A DNA stretch of 63,988 nucleotides from Paraspadella gotoi (Eukaryota; Animalia; Chaetognatha): assembly GCA_051294375.1 (NCBI GenBank), contig CM119268.1, forward strand, positions 18,680,615-18,744,602, in the 5' to 3' direction. The position numbers and the translations under genes are program-made. Below the pieces are notes generated by a model that did not search any database, was not told the DNA's origin, and saw nothing but the letters and a program-made list of their open reading frames with translations. This document shows, piece by piece, positions 57,486 to 63,988 of this stretch. Each line of letters opens with the position of its first letter. Positions within the stretch are counted from its first letter, which is position 1.

Positions 57486-60400
57486 CGATTGTCCGATTTT
57501 CAGTCGGACTTCTGTGTTTCTTAAATGGATTTCTCCCCGTGCTTTTCTTTTAACTCAATAAGTCAATTTTTGATACTTCGGTCGGTCTGTCAGTCAGTCA
57601 GTCAGTATGTTTATCTGTCTGATATAACAGTAAGGAATCAGTATGAAATTGGTTGGTACAACCAATATAAAAATGACCCATTTATTTAATAAATAAGCTA
57701 TTTTGCCCCTGACTTTAGACAGGCTTTGGTGCTTTACAAGATAATGCAAGTATATGTTCTTATATTTGTGTTTCATAATTTTGTAGTTAGGTGACCTCAC
57801 AGAATACTGATCAAGTGATCACAAAGTAAATGCGGCATATTCCGTGGAATATTTGCTTGATTTAGTTGAAGTAATCAACCATGAGACGTTTCTTACACAT
57901 ATATTTCTTAGTTACGTAGTTACGAGATAACCCGTAAATAAAAAGTCACTGCGGCGCAACGAATTACCCTTTTTGTTTTTTTCCAATTTTATCTTTTTCT
58001 CCTTTTCTTTTTCTCTCCATTTTTCTTTTTTTTTCTATCTCATCTTCGACTCCGTAGTTTTCGCTTTTTCCACTTTGTCANNNNNNNNNNNNNNNNNNNN
58101 NNNNNNNNNNNNNNNNNNNNNNNNNNNNNNNNNNNNNNNNNNNNNNNNNNNNNNNNNNNNNNNNNNNNNNNNNNNNNNNNNNNNNNNNNNNNNNNNNNNN
58201 NNNNNNNNNNNNNNNNNNNNNNNNNNNNNNNNNNNNNNNNNNNNNNNNNNNNNNNNNNNNNNNNNNNNNNNNNNNNNNNNNNNNNNNNNNNNNNNNNNNN
58301 NNNNNNNNNNNNNNNNNNNNNNNNNNNNNNNNNNNNNNNNNNNNNNNNNNNNNNNNNNNNNNNNNNNNNNNNNNNNNNNNNNNNNNNNNNNNNNNNNNNN
58401 NNNNNNNNNNNNNNNNNNNNNNNNNNNNNNNNNNNNNNNNNNNNNNNNNNNNNNNNNNNNNNNNNNNNNNNNNNNNNNNNNNNNNNNNNNNNNNNNNNNN
58501 NNNNNNNNNNNNNNNNNNNNNNNNNNNNNNNNNNNNNNNNNNNNNNNNNNNNNNNNNNNNNNNNNNNNNNNNNNNNNNNNNNNNNNNNNNNNNNNNNNNN
58601 NNNNNNNNNNNNNNNNNNNNNNNNNNNNNNNNNNNNNNNNNNNNNNNNNNNNNNNNNNNNNNNNNNNNNNNNNNNNNNNNNNNNNNNNNNNNNNNNNNNN
58701 NNNNNNNNNNNNNNNNNNNNNNNNNNNNNNNNNNNNNNNNNNNNNNNNNNNNNNNNNNNNNNNNNNNNNNNNNNNNNNNNNNNNNNNNNNNNNNNNNNNN
58801 NNNNNNNNNNNNNNNNNNNNNNNNNNNNNNNNNNNNNNNNNNNNNNNNNNNNNNNNNNNNNNNNNNNNNNCTCTTTTTTTCTCTTTCTCTCTTTCTCAGT
58901 CTCTCTTGTTGATCTAAATTTTCACCACTGAAAATATTAACCTTTTTTTCCTCTCAGTTGTTTTTCAATTTATTTTTATTTGATTCCGTTTAATTGAATT
59001 GCGATATTTCCGTTATTAATTAGTTTTTCATAAAAAATGCCTGCTGGCGCAGTATAAAATTTTTATAATAGAATGTTTATTAACTTTTTCAACCTAAATT
59101 CGCCTTTATTATTGTACTTTTCTTCTTTTAATTTCATATACATTCCAATAACTATCCATCTTATTTAATTCTTTTTGTTTCATAATTTGACATTTTCTAC
59201 TCAGTCTCTCATTTTCACCATTTAATTTTTTTCGCTTTCAACTTTCATTTCTCCCTCTTTTTCCTCTTTTCTCTTCAGTNNNNNNNNNNNNNNNNNNNNN
59301 NNNNNNNNNNNNNNNNNNNNNNNNNNNNNNNNNNNNNNNNNNNNNNNNNNNNNNNNNNNNNNNNNNNNNNNNNNNNNNNNNNNNNNNNNNNNNNNNNNNN
59401 NNNNNNNNNNNNNNNNNNNNNNNNNNNNNNNNNNNNNNNNNNNNNNNNNNNNNNNNNNNNNNNNNNNNNNNNNNNNNNNNNNNNNNNNNNNNNNNNNNNN
59501 NNNNNNNNNNNNNNTCTCTCGTCAATGACTTTTTCCTACTTCTTTTTCCTTCTTCCGTATTCCATTATTTTTCTCTTCCACTCACCGAGTTGTCCTCTCT
59601 TATTTTTTTTTATTTTAATATGCTCCTCCTCTTTTGCTCTTCTTCTTTTACCCTTCGTTTTTTTTTCATTTATTCATTTTATCATTTCTTTTTTCTCCTT
59701 TCCTTTTTTTTTTCATAAATCTACTTCTTATTACCTCCTCGATCATTTTTTGTTTTTCTTCTCCCACTCATCCACTTCTCTTTCTCATCCTCCTATTCTT
59801 CTTCCTCCTCCTCTCCTTCTTCCTCCTCCTCTTCTTTCTCCTCCTCCTTTTTCTCCTCATCCTCCTCCTCCTCTTCCTTTACGCTTCCATCCTCTTTTCC
59901 TCCAATTTCCTTGTGTCTAAAATACGATCAATATTTTGGGCCCACGTCGTCGTTATTTATCGTNNNNNNNNNNNNNNNNNNNNNNNNNNNNNNNNNNNNN
60001 NNNNNNNNNNNNNNNNNNNNNNNNNNNNNNNNNNNNNNNNNNNNNNNNNNNNNNNNNNNNNNNNNNNNNNNNNNNNNNNNNNNNNNNNNNNNNNNNNNNN
60101 NNNNNNNNNNNNNNNNNNNNNNNNNNNNNNNNNNNNNNNNNNNNNNNNNNNNNNNNNNNNNNNNNNNNNNNNNNNNNNNNNNNNNNNNNNNNNNNNNNNN
60201 NNNNNNNNNNNNNNNNNNNNNNNNNNNNNNNNNNNNNNNNNNNNNNNNNNNNNNNNNNNNNNNNNTTAAATTTCCCTTTAATGGAAACCATTCAGTGGCG
60301 AATCGAATCAGAAATATCTTTCCAATTTTCTTTCTTGTATCGAATTTTGGATTAAAAAAAAATAGAAAGAAAGAAAAAGAAATTTGCCGGAAGAAACGAT

Positions 60401-62618
60401 TTGCGATTTTCCTCCATATTTCACGATTTCTCCGAGAAAGTTTTTTTTTCTTCTCTTTATTTATTTCTCTTTTTTGTTCCTTTTTTCTCTTTGTTCAATT
60501 TTTTATTTATTTATTTTTTTCTTTTTCTTTTTATTCACTTTTCCTCCAAATTGTATTTATCGGTTTTTCTTCTTTTTCTTTTTTTTAAATTTATTTCTAT
60601 TTTTTCCTTTTTAAATTTTCTTCCTCAGTAAAAAAGGACACAAATTTGACGCCAAGATTTAAACTCCTCCCTCGGGATGCGATTCCTGAATTGCCCCTGG
60701 AGGGAACGAAATAATTTATAATCGTTTTCAATGGTTTATTGAAATATTAATATATAGTTTTCTATGGGGATTTAGATTTTGAAGATCCAAAGAGAAAAAA
60801 AAGTATCTAACGAGCAGAACCTTATATAAACTTCAAGAACATTAGAAAAGAAGTATTCATTAAATTCATTTTTAAGTTTCTTAATTTCTTTCCAATTTTA
60901 TTATTTATGTCACAAATCTTTCTACATACAAGCATTATTGTGCTTTTTTCCATTGACGTTTCGCTTTTTATTGCTTTTTTTACTTTTCCCACCGAAGGAG
61001 AAAAAGTGTATGCGGGAAAGCTACGCATATTTACGACAATATTTCGATGGAGTCATGTGGAGTAGGAGGAAGAGGAGGAGGAAGAAGAGGAGGAGGAGGA
61101 GCCGGGAGAGTAGAAAGGAGAAAGTACGATTTTTATTTCTACTAAAAAGAAACATTTCACTTTGAAGCAGACTCAAGGTTGCAAAAAAAAAANNNNNNNN
61201 NNNNNNNNNNNNNNNNNNNNNNNNNNNNNNNNNNNNNNNNNNNNNNNNNNNNNNNNNNNNNNNNNNNNNNNNNNNNNNNNNNNNNNNNNNNNNNNNNNNN
61301 NNNNNNNNNNNNNNNNNNNNNNNNNNNNNNNNNNNNNNNNNNNNNNNNNNNNNNNNNNNNNNNNNNNNNNNNNNNNNNNNNNNNNNNNNNNNNNNNNNNN
61401 NNNNNNNNNNNNNNNNNNNNNNNNNNNNNNNNNNNNNNNNNNNTTGAAGGTTTGAAGGTTTGAAGGTTTGAAGGTTTGAAGGTCGGAGGAAAAGTTGTAA
61501 CTGGGTCGAGGGAAGAAAGTTGAAGTTGAAGTCGAAGCAGAGGGACGTAAAAGTAGGAAGGTAAGGGTAAGGGTTTTGGAAAGGTGAGTGAAAGGGATTA
61601 GGGTGAAAGAAAGATTTAGAAATTAAGATGAGTTTGGAAAGGAAAACTAGAGAAACCTGCGTTTGAGGGTAAATCTGATTTGAAGAGAGGAGACCAACAG
61701 TTAACAATAATGGAGAATGAAAAATGAAAGGGGGTCCAAACTGGAGATGGGAGAGACACGAAATGATGTCAAGAGCGACGGAAGAAAATGAGTAGAATCT
61801 GGACCGAAAAAGTGGGTCACTACTTGGCGTTTAGAATTTTCCAGAGTCAGAAATAGGACATAGTCGGAACATGAAAATGGGACAGGATATTGACAGGATA
61901 CAAGGAACCACTGGTAGCTGGATCTGAAGAAAGGGGAGGAGAAAATATATGCAAATTGTACCTGGTTTTATGAGCTCGATTTGGTTTCGAATACACACAT
62001 TCATGATCATATATATGAACATATTATTATTTTCTAACTTGTTATTCCATACTTTTGGACATATTAAAACAGTATTGTGTACTATCTGTACTAACGTTTC
62101 GAGAATTTTCGAAAGAGGTCGAGCCGAAAAGGAAGGCGGACGGATGGGCGCTCAAGCGAGGGAACAGAAAGAACAGGCGCTTGATGGGGAACCATCGAGT
62201 CTTCTCTCCCTCACGAGGAACGGAAGCTTAATTTGGAAGGGAATCTGGCGATTAGCGTCACAGACGAAATCAATTGCGATCGATCGACGCGGGTTAATCC
62301 GGATTGCAGATGGAAACGGAGTTCGGGAGGCAAGAGACTGAGATTGGAGAAAAGAGGCCCGAGAGTTTGATTGGGTAAATTGGTTAATGTTGTGATTGGA
62401 GAAAATAGAGTCTGATTGGAGAAAGAGAATACAAGATCCTCATATCTCATACTTGTGGAGATAAGCTGTGATTGGAAAAAAGAAAAGAATTAAAAAAGAC
62501 AATCCTATTGGAAAAAAAGAAAAACGTGTGGAAAATTATAGAGCTTGTTTATTAAATAGGTAATCTTAATATGGTTGTACTGATTGTTGAATGATTATAG
62601 AAAAATGGATATTTTATA

Positions 62619-62873
62619 GCAACGGGAGGATAGCCTGTGATACCCGGGGCGCGGGGTATCTCACCAACTGGCGTAGGGGCTGCGGACCCTCAGTGACCGC
62701 CTCCTGTCACTGGCATTTTTATACCGGCACCGTCACATTTAAGCCAGAAGCGGGATACCCAGGGATTGAACCCGGGACGCACGGATGGAATGAGATGATT
62801 TAGCCTGCTCAGCCATTGAGACGAGGCTGAGGACGGACAGCAGTGAGGCAGCTTTAAGTCTTGCTGCCACAAT
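62619..62873 (-). mobile_element. tRNA-derived SINE, copy 2
   Basis: About 255 bp differing from 31605-31859 at only a few positions, with unrelated flanks. Confidence 0.8.
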
Positions 62874-63988
62874 TTACGGTATTAGGAAAAAGGGAATGAG
62901 TTGAAAAAAATAACTTCTTCTAATTTAAAGTGTTTGATTTGAAAATGAATAGAATTTCAGAGGAAAAAATTAAAGGAGACTGAGCAACCAAACCCATGGT
63001 ATAAAGAATGGAACTCGAGATTCCATTCTCGATAAAGTTTTCATAAAGAACCTNNNNNNNNNNNNNNNNNNNNNNNNNNNNNNNNNNNNNNNNNNNNNNN
63101 NNNNNNNNNNNNNNNNNNNNNNNNNNNNNNNNNNNNNNNNNNNNNNNNNNNNNNNNNNNNNNNNNNNNNNNNNNNNNNNNNNNNNNNNNNNNNNNNNNNN
63201 NNNNNNNNNNNNNNNNNNNNNNNNNNNNNNNNNNNNNNNNNNNNNNNNNNNNNNNNNNNNNNNNNNNNNNNNNNNNNNNNNNNNNNNNNNNNNNNNNNNN
63301 NNNNNNNNNNNNNNNNNNNNNNNNNNNNNNNNNNNNNNNNNNNNNNNNNNNNNNNNNNNNNNNNNNNNNNNNNNNNNNNNNNNNNNNNNNNNNNNNNNNN
63401 NNNNNNNNNNNNNNNNNNNNNNNNNNNNNNNNNNNNNNNNNNNNNNNNNNNNNNNNNNNNNNNNNNNNNNNNNNNNNNNNNNNNNNNNNNNNNNNNNNNN
63501 NNNNNNNNNNNNNNNNNNNNNNNNNNNNNNNNNNNNNNNNNNNNNNNNNNNNNNNNNNNNNNNNNNNNNNNNNNNNNNNNNNNNNNNNNNNNNNNNNNNN
63601 NNNNNNNNNNNNNNNNNNNNNNNTCTGAAATTGCAAACGTGTTTCTGTTTTGCTTGTTTTCGTTAAAAAGTAATTTATGTATAATATTTAATAGTTTATA
63701 TACAATAAGTAGTACTGATTGTATATAAAAGTGCATTCATGCATATTTTTTTTATCTCCCCACCATCCCACAAAGCCAAAGGTCATGTCAATATCGAAGT
63801 AGTACAATCGTTACTACTTCTTTTCGCTTTGGGTCGCAAAAGAGTTTTATCGGATTCAATGTTTGTGCCGAATCGGAATCCAGTTGTTGTTGTTGTTGTC
63901 GTCGTTGTTTGCGCCGTTCGAACAGCCTTCCAGGCGATTCTGTTTTCTAAGCGAAAAAAAGTTTGTGCCGACCTGTTTGAGACAAACA

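Noticed and set aside
57973-63736. Long ORFs in the right-hand part of the window
   Set aside because: They are open only because they span N gaps, and no recognisable coding motifs are present.

Overview
Animal (metazoan) genomic DNA with GC/CpG-rich exons, short AT-rich introns, AG/AAAT microsatellites and a gappy assembly that appears patched with long reads. Two ciliary genes sit head-to-head about 1 kb apart around a CCAAT/X-box/ETS promoter: TMEM232 (minus, 28748 to about 6953) and ENKD1 (plus, 29785-37785). Each hosts an antisense nested gene. An ACCS-like PLP enzyme lies in ENKD1 intron 2. A 1354-aa gene with an intronless CDS lies in TMEM232 intron 3. It encodes a signal peptide, a Toll-like LRR ectodomain, one TM helix, a pseudokinase, an RNase L/IRE1-type KEN ribonuclease with intact Y/R/N/H residues and a ubiquitin-like tail. 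This apparent TLR-ectodomain/RNase L-effector receptor is the standout candidate for an undescribed system. Also present: a 13-copy tandem amplification of a whole intron plus a stop-containing micro-exon, several tRNA-derived SINEs, a Helentron/HINE-like element, an orphan 4-exon gene, two large indel-ridden duplications that look like raw-read assembly artefacts, and a compositionally alien 5.7-kb segment. All homologies come from by-eye comparison with remembered sequences; no database search was run.
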